From positions 1 through 64,000 of the forward strand of contig NZ_JMCB01000005.1 of NCBI RefSeq assembly GCF_000737315.1: a stretch of DNA of 64,000 nucleotides, in the 5' to 3' direction. Under the pieces are notes generated by a model. That model made no database searches, was not told the DNA's origin, and saw only the letters and a list, made by a program, of their open reading frames with translations. This document shows, one piece after another, positions 17,783 to 27,905 of this stretch. The stretch's first letter is position 1. Every line of letters begins with the position of its first letter. The translations under genes were made by a program, and so were the position numbers. Source of the DNA: Hyalangium minutum. GTDB taxonomy: Bacteria > Myxococcota > Myxococcia > Myxococcales > Myxococcaceae.

Positions 17783-20641
17783 CTACTCGCGCAGCTTGGC
17801 GAGCTTCTCCTTCACCGTGCCCGCGGCGGGACCGGAGGGCAGCAACGACAGGTAGCGCTCGTAGGCCTTCACGGCGTCGGCGCGACGGCCGAGCTTGTCG
17901 TAGGCATCCCCGAGGTTCAGGTAGGCCACGGCGCGACCCTCATCCAGGGTGAGGGTCTTCTCGAGCCACTTGGCGGACTCGGCGTACTCACCCATCTTGA
18001 AGTGGACGAAGCCCACGTTGTTCGCAGCCTGGGCATCCGAGGGATTCAGCGAGGCGGCGGTCTTGAACTCGGCGATTGCCTCCGCGTACTTCTTCTCGCG
18101 GTAGAGCGCCATGCCGCGATCGCTGTGCCGGCTGGCCACCTCGGCGGGAGAGGAGCTCGGTGCCGTGGCGGGAGGGGTCGCGCCTTCCTGTAGCTTGGCG
18201 AGCTGGCCCTTGGCCTCCTCCAACTGCTTCTGCAGCGTCTGGTTGCGCTGCTGCTTCTCGGCGATCTGCTGGCGCACCTTCTCCAGCTCGGAGTTGATTT
18301 GGATGGCCTGCGAGTCGAGCTGCGCGGAGGACTCGCTGAGGAACTCGCCGTCGTGCTTCAGCTCGAGGATGAATTCACCGCCCTCGCTGCCCGGCATGCT
18401 GCCGAACGCGGGCGTCTGCCGCGAGAGCGAGGACACGGTGGGCCCCACGTAGGCGAACAGCTCGGAGGCGGTGACGAAGCCGTCCGTGTTCAGGTCCGCC
18501 TTGCCCTCCAGGCCCTGGAGCAGCGTCCAGGTGAAGATGGAGTGGCCATTGGGACCCTGGTCGGCCACCTGCTCGTCCGCGCCGCCCGCGGTGAGCACTT
18601 GCCGGGCGCTCCGCCGCGTCACCTCCTGGAGGTACTTGCGCAGATCTCCGGATGGAGGACCACCGCGGGTGAGGGCCAGGCCGCTGTAGCAGGCGTCCAT
18701 CACGAAGAGGGCATGCTTGGCGGGGATGGCCTCGCTGATGTCCTGGAAGTTGGTCATCGAGATGGCCTGGCTCTGGTAGTTCGTTGTGTCCGCGTCAACG
18801 GGGACGATGTACCCGAGGCTCCGGCCGTTCGGCAGCTTGCGGGTGACGCCGTGGCCCGCGAAGAAGACGAACACGCGGTCATCGCGCTTCACCTTGGCTG
18901 AGTCCGAGAGCACATCGCCCAGCGCTCCGAGGATGCGCTCACGAGTGGCCTCGCCGTCGAGCAGCACCTGGATGTTCTCCGCCTTGAAGCGGAACTTCTC
19001 CACGAGCAGCTCGCGCACGCCCTGGGCGTCGTTCACGGCGTAGGAGAGCTTGGGCCACTTCGCGTAGTCGTTGATGCCGATCACCACCGCCCAGCTCTCG
19101 CGATAGAGGTCCGCGGGCGCGGGCGTGGGAGCGGCCGCGACGGCAGGTGCCGAGGCCATCGTCGGGGCGGGGCCACCGTCCTCCGGAGGGCCGCCGATGA
19201 CGGTGTTTCCATCCCAGAGGACGAACTGGTAGCCGCGGGACTGGAGGGTCTCCAGCACGAGCGGGAGCGCCTCGACAGTCTGGCTGTGCACGTCGTGCAT
19301 GAGGATGACGCCGCGGCCCATCTTCTCCACGTCCTGCACGATGCGGTTGGCGATGGACTTGGGGACGGGGTCGCTCCAGTCCAGCGAGTCGACGGCCCAC
19401 AGGAACGCCTTGAGCCCGCGGGCGGTGAGGGCGGTGCGGACACGCTCGTTGAAGGCGCCGTAGGGGGGCCGGAAGAGGCGGATGGGCCCGCCGGAGACGG
19501 ACTCGATGATGACGCGGGAGTTGTCGATCTCCTGGCCGAGGCGCTCCTCGCTGAGCTTGGGCAGGAAGGCGTGGGTGAGCGAGTGGTTGGCCACGAGGTG
19601 GCCGCTCTGGATGATCTTCTCGGTGTTGACGGCGGCGGAGGTGCGCTTGAGCGGGGGCACGCCCGCGTCCGTGGCGGTGGCCTTGGGCGGGACGGCGACG
19701 TTCTGGCCGACCTCGAAGAAGATGGACTTCACCTTGTACTTCTCGAGGATGGCGAGGATGGCGGCGGTGTGACGCGGGTGCGGGCCGTCATCGAAGGTGA
19801 GGACGAGCGTCTTGTCGGGCAGGGACTGGCCCGTGAGCACGAACGGATCCTCCTTGCGAGGCCCCTTGCCGCGCAGGCCCTCTCCGAGCGAGGACAGCGA
19901 GTCGTCGAAGTCCTTGAGGATGGTCTCGCGGGTGAAGAGGCCCTTGAGGAAGGACAGATAGGAGTCCCAGGCCTCGCGCTTCACGGTCATGCCGCGCATC
20001 TCGGGGCGGCCGAAGATCTGCTCCAGCTCCTTCTCGTAGAGGGCTTGGATTTCCTGGAGGGCCTTCTGGTCCTCCTCGATGCGGGTGAGGAGCGCGGCCT
20101 TCCACGCGGGCGACTGCGGGAGCGACTCGATGGCGGCGCGCAGGTCCGTGAGGGAGTCCTTGAAGGCGAGCTTGTCGCCGTCGCGCAGGTCGGGCGACTT
20201 CTCCAGCCACTCGAGGAAGGCGGAGATGCCGGCCGGCGCGGCTGTGCTGCTGGCGGTGGCGGTGAGTTCCTCGCCGAACTGCTCGCCGAGCTCATCAAGG
20301 GCGTGCCGGTTCTGCTCGAAGATCATCCGGCCGACGACGGTGATGCGCTCACGGGCATCGTCATCGAGCGAGGCCTGATCCGAGGCCAGGACGATGTTCT
20401 TCCGGTAGCGGGTGACGATCTCGCTCAGCTCCTGGGCGCGGGAGGCCGGAACGGCGGGCGCCGAAGCCGCGGCAGATGGGGTGCTAGGGCTCGGCGAGGA
20501 GGGCGCGGTAGCGGCAGGAGCCGGGGGCGTCGCGGGAGGATTGGATGCCTTGCCCTTGCAAGAGGTGAGGAGGCCAACGGCGGCGAGCGTGATCAGGCTC
20601 GTCGCGAGGCGCGAGAATCGAGCCGAGCGGGAAGTGTGCAT
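17783..20641 (-). CDS. Lipoprotein: polysaccharide deacetylase + caspase-like (C14) peptidase + coiled coil + TPR
   Basis: LTSC lipobox; NodB motifs TFDDGP, HSLTH, RPPYG, LMHD; C14 dyad FAGHG and DACYSG; C-terminal TPRs. Confidence 0.9.
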   Translation of the reverse strand: MHTSRSARFSRLATSLITLAAVGLLTSCKGKASNPPATPPAPAATAPSSPSPSTPSAAASAPAVPASRAQELSEIVTRYRKNIVLASDQASLDDDARERITVVGRMIFEQNRHALDELGEQFGEELTATASSTAAPAGISAFLEWLEKSPDLRDGDKLAFKDSLTDLRAAIESLPQSPAWKAALLTRIEEDQKALQEIQALYEKELEQIFGRPEMRGMTVKREAWDSYLSFLKGLFTRETILKDFDDSLSSLGEGLRGKGPRKEDPFVLTGQSLPDKTLVLTFDDGPHPRHTAAILAILEKYKVKSIFFEVGQNVAVPPKATATDAGVPPLKRTSAAVNTEKIIQSGHLVANHSLTHAFLPKLSEERLGQEIDNSRVIIESVSGGPIRLFRPPYGAFNERVRTALTARGLKAFLWAVDSLDWSDPVPKSIANRIVQDVEKMGRGVILMHDVHSQTVEALPLVLETLQSRGYQFVLWDGNTVIGGPPEDGGPAPTMASAPAVAAAPTPAPADLYRESWAVVIGINDYAKWPKLSYAVNDAQGVRELLVEKFRFKAENIQVLLDGEATRERILGALGDVLSDSAKVKRDDRVFVFFAGHGVTRKLPNGRSLGYIVPVDADTTNYQSQAISMTNFQDISEAIPAKHALFVMDACYSGLALTRGGPPSGDLRKYLQEVTRRSARQVLTAGGADEQVADQGPNGHSIFTWTLLQGLEGKADLNTDGFVTASELFAYVGPTVSSLSRQTPAFGSMPGSEGGEFILELKHDGEFLSESSAQLDSQAIQINSELEKVRQQIAEKQQRNQTLQKQLEEAKGQLAKLQEGATPPATAPSSSPAEVASRHSDRGMALYREKKYAEAIAEFKTAASLNPSDAQAANNVGFVHFKMGEYAESAKWLEKTLTLDEGRAVAYLNLGDAYDKLGRRADAVKAYERYLSLLPSGPAAGTVKEKLAKLRE

Positions 20642-20770
20642 GTGAACTGAGGGACTCCGCCGCGAAGAATGCCGGGCCGAGCGTGGGGTGCCAAGTCGCA
20701 TCAAGTAGGACTATGACGCACAGTGAAGCGCCCGCATCCTTATATAGGAGCGAGCAGGCTCCACGCGGGG

Positions 20771-21349
20771 TCAGGGCGACCGGAGCGGGGGCCAGAGGTC
20801 ACCGAGCTTCAGCTCGATGGCATCGAAGGGCTCGGCGCGGATGACGTCGTCCTCGCCGTAGACGCCCAGTTCCAGCCAGCGCCCGCTGCTCAGCTTGCTG
20901 ACAGAGAGCGTCCGCGCCTCGATGTCGATGAACCAGAGGTGGCCCACGTCGATGCGTGCGTAGAAGGGGCGCTTGATGCGCTGATCATAGGCACGCGTCG
21001 TGGGCGAAAGGATCTCGCAGGCCCAGTCTGGAGCAACGGTCCAGCGCTCAGGCCACTCCGGCACACGTTCACGGCGCCAGCCGGCGAGGTCTGGGATGAA
21101 CTCGGGAGAGCCTTCGAGTTGGATGCCGGGTTCCGTTTCGATCCACCAGCCGCCCGGGCCACCGCGACCTACCTGGAAGGGACCGTCGAGCCCACCGAAG
21201 AGCCTGCCTTCGACGATGCCGTGACCCGCGCGTGGACGGGCATGGGTATAGAGCGTCCCCTCGATGATCTCTCCCACGAGGTTCTCTGGGAGAGCTTCGA
21301 GGTCGGCGAGGGTCGGGGGACCCTTGAGCTGTCGTGCGCCGTAACCCAT
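20771..21349 (-). CDS. Uma2/DUF820 family putative endonuclease
   Basis: GEIIEG, EPGIQL...PDLAGWRRER, PDWACEILSP and KRPFYA motifs. Confidence 0.9.
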   Translation of the reverse strand: MGYGARQLKGPPTLADLEALPENLVGEIIEGTLYTHARPRAGHGIVEGRLFGGLDGPFQVGRGGPGGWWIETEPGIQLEGSPEFIPDLAGWRRERVPEWPERWTVAPDWACEILSPTTRAYDQRIKRPFYARIDVGHLWFIDIEARTLSVSKLSSGRWLELGVYGEDDVIRAEPFDAIELKLGDLWPPLRSP

Positions 21350-21415
21350 GGGATAAGTCTGGAGATAACGCGGGCCGCTGGCAAGCAAGCCCACGGTGGG
21401 CTGCTCATTCCCTGG

Positions 21416-22153
21416 CTACAGCTTCAGCTTCTTGAAGATGCCCTCAGGGATGGAGCGGATGATGAACATGATGAGGGCCCACTTGGCGGGGACGTAGACC
21501 TCGTTCTTGCGTTTATCGGCCGCACGCAGAATCCCTCGGGCGACTTGCTCCGGCGAGGCAAAGAGCTTGTTCTTCGGGATGTGCGCCGTCATGGGCGTGT
21601 CCACGAAGCCGGGCTTCACCGTCACCACGGCGACACCCGAGCGCGACAGCCGGTTGCGCAGCCCCTGGAGGAACACGTTCAGCGCGCCCTTCGAGGCGCC
21701 ATACACGTAGTTGCTCTGCCGGCCCCGGTCTCCCGCCACCGAGGAGATGACTACCAGCGTGCCGGCCTTTTGCGCCTCGAAGCGGTTGGCGAGCACCGTC
21801 AGCAGGGAGGCCGCGCTCAGGAAGTTGGTGCGCAGCACCTTCTCCGTCTCTGCCCAGGAGCGCTCGCAGGTCTTCTGGTCTCCGAGCACGCCGTGCGCAA
21901 TCAGCGCTCCATCCAATCCGCCGAGTGCCTGAGCCGCACGTTCCACCAGTGCCTCGTGCGCGGAGAAGTCGTCGAGATCCAGCGCCTGCTGCTCCACCTT
22001 GGCGGCCCCGCGAGTGGCTGCGTCCCTCGCGACCGCATCGAGGTTCGTGGCGTTGCGGCCCACCAGATACAGCGCGGCCCCACGCGCGGCGAGCAGCCGC
22101 ACCGTGGCCTGTGCGATGGCGCTCGTGGCACCGAGGACAAGGACCTTCTTCAT
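21416..22153 (-). CDS. SDR oxidoreductase, DprE2-like
   Basis: VLGATSAIA, SSVAGDRGRQSNYVYGASK (YxxxK), KPGFVDTPMT. Confidence 0.88.
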   Translation of the reverse strand: MKKVLVLGATSAIAQATVRLLAARGAALYLVGRNATNLDAVARDAATRGAAKVEQQALDLDDFSAHEALVERAAQALGGLDGALIAHGVLGDQKTCERSWAETEKVLRTNFLSAASLLTVLANRFEAQKAGTLVVISSVAGDRGRQSNYVYGASKGALNVFLQGLRNRLSRSGVAVVTVKPGFVDTPMTAHIPKNKLFASPEQVARGILRAADKRKNEVYVPAKWALIMFIIRSIPEGIFKKLKL

Positions 22154-23505
22154 GGTGAGCGGACCATAGCTTGTGCTTGCGACGAATCGAGCACCCGGCG
22201 CCAGAAGGAAGACGAGAACGCGGGGTCCACGTACGGCTTGAATCGCTCGAGCTGCGGGAAGTATGCCGCGAAGTTCTCAGCGCTCATCCGTGCATCCTTC
22301 GCCGGGTACACCGCACCGCCTGCTTGCCGCGTGACGTGATCCAACTCCGCCACCAGCTTCCAGGTGCGCTCGCCCCGGTTCGCGAAGTCCAGCGCCAGCG
22401 TCACTCCCGGCCGAGGGAAGGACAGCCACCCCGGCGACGCCACGCTCCCAAACGTCTTCAGCACGTTCAGGAAGCTCGGCACCTCGCGTGCGCTGCGCTC
22501 CAAAATCTCCCGCAGCGCATCCCGAGCCGTCGCATGCGGCACCACGCACTGGAACTGCAAGAACCCCCGCCGTCCGTAGATGCGGTTCCACCGATGCACG
22601 GCATCCAGTGGATAGAAGAACGGATCGTAGTGCTGCAGCTTGGGGCCCCGGTTGATCAGGTTCACCCGGTAGTAGAGCCAGTTGAACGCCGCCACCGACA
22701 GCCAGTTCAGGCTGAAGCCCGGAAAATCGATCGGCACCACCAGCCCCGAGCCGCTGTTCAAGTGGCTCTTCTTCAGCGGCAGCCCCTCCAGCTGCGGCGG
22801 CGCGAAGTTCCCCCGGTAATACAGCCCGCGTCCCAGCCTCCGGCCCTTCGCCAGCCCATCCAGCCACGCGACCGTGAACTCGTAGTCCGGCTCGGACTCC
22901 CGTGACACTTCGAAGAACGCGTCCAGGTTCTCCAGCGGCACGGTCTCCGTCAGCACGAACGGGTTGTGAATGGGCCGCAGCTGCACCTCGGCCCACAGGA
23001 TGAGCCCCGTCAGTCCCAGGCCCGCGATGGTGGCCTCGTACCAGTCACGGTTCTCCTCGGGAGAGCACACCCGCCGGCTGCCATCCGAGCGCAGCAGCTC
23101 GAACCGCTTCACATACCGTCCGAACGTTCCGGCCCGGTGGTGGTTCTTGCCGTGCACATCGTTTGCGATCGCCCCACCCACCGTGACGAACTTCGTCCCC
23201 GGCGTGACCGGCAGGAACCAGCCCCGAGGCACTGCCAGCCGGAGAAGGGTCTCCAGCGTGACGCCCGCCTCGCACCGCACCACGCCCGTGGCCGCATCGA
23301 AGTCCAGCAGCCGGTCCAGCGCCGCCGTGGTGAGCAGCGTGCCGCCCTCGTTCAGGCACGAGTCCCCATAGCTCCGCCCCATCCCGTACGGCAGCAGGGT
23401 GCCATCACCGGCCTCCGGGAGCCGGTCCGTCTGCCAGACGATGGGGTGCGCCGCCTGCTGCGTGGCAAGCGGGTAGCGCCCCCAAGATTGATGCCCGTTC
23501 GTCAT
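22150..23505 (-). CDS. FAD-binding oxidoreductase, DprE1-like
   Basis: SWGR, GRSYGD, VTPGTKFVTVGGAIANDVHGKNHH, YPAKD motifs. Confidence 0.9.
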   Translation of the reverse strand: MTNGHQSWGRYPLATQQAAHPIVWQTDRLPEAGDGTLLPYGMGRSYGDSCLNEGGTLLTTAALDRLLDFDAATGVVRCEAGVTLETLLRLAVPRGWFLPVTPGTKFVTVGGAIANDVHGKNHHRAGTFGRYVKRFELLRSDGSRRVCSPEENRDWYEATIAGLGLTGLILWAEVQLRPIHNPFVLTETVPLENLDAFFEVSRESEPDYEFTVAWLDGLAKGRRLGRGLYYRGNFAPPQLEGLPLKKSHLNSGSGLVVPIDFPGFSLNWLSVAAFNWLYYRVNLINRGPKLQHYDPFFYPLDAVHRWNRIYGRRGFLQFQCVVPHATARDALREILERSAREVPSFLNVLKTFGSVASPGWLSFPRPGVTLALDFANRGERTWKLVAELDHVTRQAGGAVYPAKDARMSAENFAAYFPQLERFKPYVDPAFSSSFWRRVLDSSQAQAMVRSP

Positions 23506-23515
23506 CCTGGCCTGC

Positions 23516-24964
23516 TCACGTGGCCACCAGCAGCACGAGCGCCGCCACCAGCCCCACCGCGTAGCTCACCTTATCTCGCAGCGCAAAGACCAGCGGATCC
23601 TCGTTCACCAGTCCCCGGTGCGCCAGCAGCCACACCCGGCTCACCCAGTACAGCATCACCGGGCACAGCATCCACAGCCGCTCGGGGTTGCTGTAGAGGA
23701 CCGTCACCTCCTTGCTGGTGATGTAGAACGCCAGCACCAGCACCGAGATGTACCCGGCCGCCACACCCAGGCTCGCCAGCTGCTCGTAGTCGCTCGCCAG
23801 GTAGCCTCGGCCCGGCGTCGCCTCCTCGTTGGCCAGCCGCAGCCGCCGGACCTCGGACAGCCGCTTCACCAGCGCCAGCGACAGGAACAGGAACATCGAG
23901 AAGGTGAACAGCCAGCTCGACGTCGGCACCCCCGTCGCAAGCGAGCCGCCGAAGATGCGCACCGTGTACAGGCCCGCCAGCACCAGCACATCCAGCACCA
24001 TCACCTGCTTGAGGTGCAGCGAGTACGCGAACGTCGCCAGATAGTACGTGGCCAGCAGCCCCACGAAGGGCAGCGGCAGCAGCAGCGCCGCCACCGTGAA
24101 GCCCGCCACCAACAGCACCGGCGCCAGCACCGCTCCCACCCTCACCGGCAAGTCACCCGAGGCGAACGGGCGCTTGCGCTTGGTCGGGTGCTGCCGGTCC
24201 GAGTCCAAGTCGAGCAAGTCATTGAGGATGTACACGCTGGATGCGCACAGGCTGAACGCCACGAAGGCCAGCGCCGCCTGCATCAGCAGCTCGAACTGCT
24301 GGGCCTTGTGCGCCAGCAGCGCCGGGACGAAGACCAGGATGTTCTTGGCCCACTGGTGCACGCGCAGCGCCTTCACCCACGTGCGCACGCTCGTGCGAGG
24401 CGCCTCGAAGACGCGCACCTCGCCCCGGCCCAGCGCACGCACCTTGCGCTCCAGCCCGGACGAGCCGTGCACCACCACCGCCCGCCGTGCCTCGCGCCAC
24501 AGCGCCAGGTCCACCTCGCCATCGCCCGCGTAGTCGAACTCGGGGTGCGCCTGCTTCAGCCGCGCCAGCTTCCTCGCGCCCGAGAGGTTCACCGTGCCGT
24601 CGCTGGCGTACACCTCGGAGAACAACTCCAGGTGCGCCGCCACCGCGTCCGCAATGGTCTGATCCGCCGCCGTCGCCAGCACCAGCCGCCGGCCCCGCGC
24701 CTTCTCCTCCCGAAGGTAGGCCAGCAGTGGCTCGCTGTAGGGCAGGCGCGCGGCATCCAGCTTCACCCGTCGTCCCACCTCCGCCTTGAAGGCCGCCTTG
24801 CCCTTGAGCATCCACAGCGCCGCGAGCACCAGCAGCAGCGGGTTGCGCTTGAGCAGCACCAGCAGGCTCTCGTGCAGCGTGTCCGTGCGCACCAGTGTCC
24901 CGTCGAGATCGACGACGAGCGGCACGTCCGAGGCCGAGGTGGTGGCAGGTGAGGCGGAGGACAT
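23516..24964 (-). CDS. HAD-domain + UbiA-family prenyltransferase (DPPR-synthase-like)
   Basis: VVDLDGTL HAD N-terminus; RVHQWAKN, YILNDLLDLDSDRQHPTKRKRPFASG, KRLSE and DPLVFALRD motifs. Confidence 0.9.
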   Translation of the reverse strand: MSSASPATTSASDVPLVVDLDGTLVRTDTLHESLLVLLKRNPLLLVLAALWMLKGKAAFKAEVGRRVKLDAARLPYSEPLLAYLREEKARGRRLVLATAADQTIADAVAAHLELFSEVYASDGTVNLSGARKLARLKQAHPEFDYAGDGEVDLALWREARRAVVVHGSSGLERKVRALGRGEVRVFEAPRTSVRTWVKALRVHQWAKNILVFVPALLAHKAQQFELLMQAALAFVAFSLCASSVYILNDLLDLDSDRQHPTKRKRPFASGDLPVRVGAVLAPVLLVAGFTVAALLLPLPFVGLLATYYLATFAYSLHLKQVMVLDVLVLAGLYTVRIFGGSLATGVPTSSWLFTFSMFLFLSLALVKRLSEVRRLRLANEEATPGRGYLASDYEQLASLGVAAGYISVLVLAFYITSKEVTVLYSNPERLWMLCPVMLYWVSRVWLLAHRGLVNEDPLVFALRDKVSYAVGLVAALVLLVAT

Positions 24965-25061
24965 CACGGAGCCCCGTAGGGTAGCGCGGGCCCGCCACAG
25001 GCTCCATTTCCACGTGACGGCTGCTGGCCCGGACCCGGAGGGAGGGAGGGATCGGGCGCGC

Positions 25062-26102
25062 TCATTCCGGCTGGGCGAGGATGAGCGTCTGCAGCGGTAG
25101 CCGCCGGATGGGCTGCGTCTTGGTGATCTTGAAGCCCGCGTCGTCCAGGAAGCCCTCCACCTCGGCAGGCGTGTACGCCGCCGCCTTCGAGGTGAGGAAG
25201 TAGTGCAGGCCAATGAGGGCCGAGGCGCTCGGCTCGGCCTCCACCTCCTCGCGCAGGTACTCCAGGACAGCGAGCGTGCCCTTGGGCCCCAGCGCGGTGC
25301 GCACCCGGCGCAGCAGCGCCACGTTCTGCGCGGGCGACAGGTGGTGCACCACCTGAAACAGGAGCGCCGCATCGTACGGGCCGCCCAGCTCCGCCGTGAG
25401 GATGTCGCCCTCACGGTGCGTCACCACGTGCGACAGGCCCGCCGCCGCGATGATCTCCCGCCCCACGCGTGCACTGCCCTCCAGGTCCACCACCGTGGCC
25501 TTCAGCCCGCGGTGCTTCTGGCACAGCTCCGCCGAGAACCAGCCATGCGCCCCGCCCAGGTCCAGCAGGTGCTTGGCGCCTCGGGGCAGCGGAATGGCCG
25601 AGGCCACCTCCGGCGCCGCCAGCCGCGCCAGCTGGTGCATGGCGTGGATGTAGTCCTTCCACCGCGGGTCATCCGGCGCGAAGTCGTGGATGTCCACCGG
25701 CTTGCCGGTGCGCACTGTCTCCTCCAACTCGCTCCACCACGACCACTGGGCGTAGTTGAACTCGATGAAGCCGCCGATGTACTGCGGCGAGCGCGGATCC
25801 AGCCAGCGCCGCGCCCGCTCATCCAGCAGGTAGCGGTCGCGCTTGCGCTTCACCACCTCGCAGGACACCAGGCCCTCGAGCAGTGCGCGCGTCCCCTCGG
25901 GCGAGAGCTTCAGCCGCTCGGCCAGGGCCTCCGCGGTGGCCGGGCCCTCCGCCAGCGCCGCGTACACCCCCAGCCTCACGCCCGCCATCATCGTCCGGGA
26001 GCTCATCATCCCGAAGAAGACGTGGGCGATGGGCATGGGCGCCAGGTTGAACCAGTTCGCCACCCGCTCCAACAGGTTGTCCGCCCTGAAGCCGAGCCGC
26101 AC
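25062..26102 (-). CDS. Class I SAM-dependent O-methyltransferase (dimerisation domain + Methyltransf_2)
   Basis: LLDLGGAHG and EGDIL motifs. GTG start overlaps the upstream TAG. Confidence 0.85.
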   Translation of the reverse strand: MRLGFRADNLLERVANWFNLAPMPIAHVFFGMMSSRTMMAGVRLGVYAALAEGPATAEALAERLKLSPEGTRALLEGLVSCEVVKRKRDRYLLDERARRWLDPRSPQYIGGFIEFNYAQWSWWSELEETVRTGKPVDIHDFAPDDPRWKDYIHAMHQLARLAAPEVASAIPLPRGAKHLLDLGGAHGWFSAELCQKHRGLKATVVDLEGSARVGREIIAAAGLSHVVTHREGDILTAELGGPYDAALLFQVVHHLSPAQNVALLRRVRTALGPKGTLAVLEYLREEVEAEPSASALIGLHYFLTSKAAAYTPAEVEGFLDDAGFKITKTQPIRRLPLQTLILAQPE

Positions 26103-26464
26103 TACGCCCTCCTCCGCAACGCCACCGCCAGCCCCACTCCCACCACCACCATCGCGGCCTCGGGGCCGCCCAGGCAGCCCACGCGCTCGGCCTCGCGAAT
26201 CCCGGTGTAGCGGCACTTGCCCTGGTTGCAATTGAAGCGCGGCGAGCAGTCGGAGCTGCTCCGGCAGTTCACCACCACGCGGCCCACGCCATCCTCACCT
26301 TCTGGGTTGTCCCGGTCCGGTCCACCCTCTCCCACCGAGGCGTCCGGCGCGGTGGAAGTCCCCCCATCCTCCCCACCTGTCTGGGCGTGTGCGGCCCAGG
26401 GCACACCCAGACACAGGGTGATCGCGGCGGTGAGCAGGCAGGTTCTTAGGGACAGGGGGGCCAT
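26102..26464 (-). CDS. MXAN_6627.5-like MYXO-CTERM protein
   Basis: Signal peptide, CRSSSDCSPRFNCNQGKC cysteine motif, GCLGGPEAAMVVVGVGLAVALRRRA tail. Confidence 0.75.
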   Translation of the reverse strand: MAPLSLRTCLLTAAITLCLGVPWAAHAQTGGEDGGTSTAPDASVGEGGPDRDNPEGEDGVGRVVVNCRSSSDCSPRFNCNQGKCRYTGIREAERVGCLGGPEAAMVVVGVGLAVALRRRA

Positions 26465-26567
26465 GGGGGTGTTCTGAACCTACCCTCCCACGCGCCCGGT
26501 TGCATCCTTTGGGAGTACAAACAGTTTCCTGATCCCGACCCGGGGTTTTGCTAGGTTACGCCCACCG

Positions 26568-27896
26568 ATGGCCCCCCGAATCCTCGTCGTCGACGACAAC
26601 CAGGAGCTCCTGTCTCTTCTCACGCAGCTCTTCGAGGATGCAGGCTATGAGGTGAGCGCGGCGAGCCGGGGCAAGCAGGCCACCGAGCTGGCCAAGGGCC
26701 AGGCGCTGTCCGCCGCGGTCATCGACGTGCTGCTGCCCGACATGATGGGCTACCACCTGGCGGACGCGCTCCGGAAGGAGCAGCCGCAGGTGCCGCTGCT
26801 CTTCATCACCGGTGTGTTCAAGGGTGGCAAGCACGCCATCGAGGCCCGGCAGAAGTACGCGGCCGCCGGCTACTTCGAGAAGCCCTTCGAGGCCCAGAAG
26901 CTCCTGGAGGCGGTGGCCAAGCTGGTGCCTCCGGAGAAGAAGGCCACGCCCCCAGCCCCCCGCCCGCAGGATGCGTTCGAGGTGGAGCTGGACATCGACG
27001 TGGAGGAGGAGGGGCCGCAGGACGCGATGGAGCTCACCGGCCGCATCAAGGTGACGGGCGGTGGCAACCTGTCGGCGGAGATTCGCGGCGCCAACCTGAC
27101 GGCCAGCCCCATGCAGAAGGGGCCGGTGACCGTGGTGCGGCATCCGCAGCCGGGCCGTCCGCCGGATCCGGTGCCCGCGGGCGCGGGCGGGCCGGGCATG
27201 CGCCGCGGCGAGCTGAAGGACAACCTGCCCTCGCTCATCACTGCCTTCTTCCTGTCGAAGGAGACCGGCGAGCTGGGCGTGCAGCGCGGCAAGGTGAAGA
27301 AGGTCGTCTACTTCGAGCACGGCACGCCGGTGTTCGCGCTGTCCAACCTGTTGTCGGACCGGTTCGGCCAGTTCCTCGTGCGCGTGGGGAAGATTCGCCC
27401 CGAGCAGCTCCAGGACGCGGCCACGGTGGCCACGCAGACGCAGCGCCGCACGGGAGACATCCTGGTGGAGCGCGGGCTGCTCAAGGACACTGAGCGGCTG
27501 TACTACGTGGGCCAGCAGGTGAAGGCGATCATCTACTCGCTCTTCTCGTGGGAGGACGGCACCTACGTGATGAGCTTCAAGGAGAAGGCGACCGCCGAGT
27601 CCATCAAGCTGGACCTGCACCCGGCGAACCTGATCGTCCGCGGGGTGAAGAAGCTCTACAAGCCGGAGCGCCTGCGCCGGCTGCTGCGGCCGGAGGATCG
27701 GCTCATCCCGGCGGTGGCGCCCTCGTACAATCTCAGCGAGGTGGAGCTGGAGCGGTGGGAGGCGGAGTTGCTGCCGCGCGTGGATGGGAACCGGACGGTG
27801 GCGGAGCTCCTGGCGTACGCCAACCGGCCCGAGCAGGTGGTCTACGGCTTCCTGGTGGCGATGCAGTCGCTGGGCGTGCTGGACCGGCGGCAGTAG
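26568..27896 (+). CDS. Response regulator receiver + DUF4388 domain protein (MXAN_6627-like)
   Basis: ILVVDDN...IDVLLPDMMG...FEKPF receiver; C-terminal DUF4388-like region (KETGELGVQRG, LFSWEDGTY). Confidence 0.85.
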   Translation: MAPRILVVDDNQELLSLLTQLFEDAGYEVSAASRGKQATELAKGQALSAAVIDVLLPDMMGYHLADALRKEQPQVPLLFITGVFKGGKHAIEARQKYAAAGYFEKPFEAQKLLEAVAKLVPPEKKATPPAPRPQDAFEVELDIDVEEEGPQDAMELTGRIKVTGGGNLSAEIRGANLTASPMQKGPVTVVRHPQPGRPPDPVPAGAGGPGMRRGELKDNLPSLITAFFLSKETGELGVQRGKVKKVVYFEHGTPVFALSNLLSDRFGQFLVRVGKIRPEQLQDAATVATQTQRRTGDILVERGLLKDTERLYYVGQQVKAIIYSLFSWEDGTYVMSFKEKATAESIKLDLHPANLIVRGVKKLYKPERLRRLLRPEDRLIPAVAPSYNLSEVELERWEAELLPRVDGNRTVAELLAYANRPEQVVYGFLVAMQSLGVLDRRQ

Positions 27897-27905
27897 GCGC
27901 GGCGG

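Noticed and set aside
20771-21349. Uma2 gene as part of a defence or restriction system
   Set aside because: It is solitary, with no methylase or other defence genes. Such genes are scattered in large numbers in myxobacterial genomes.
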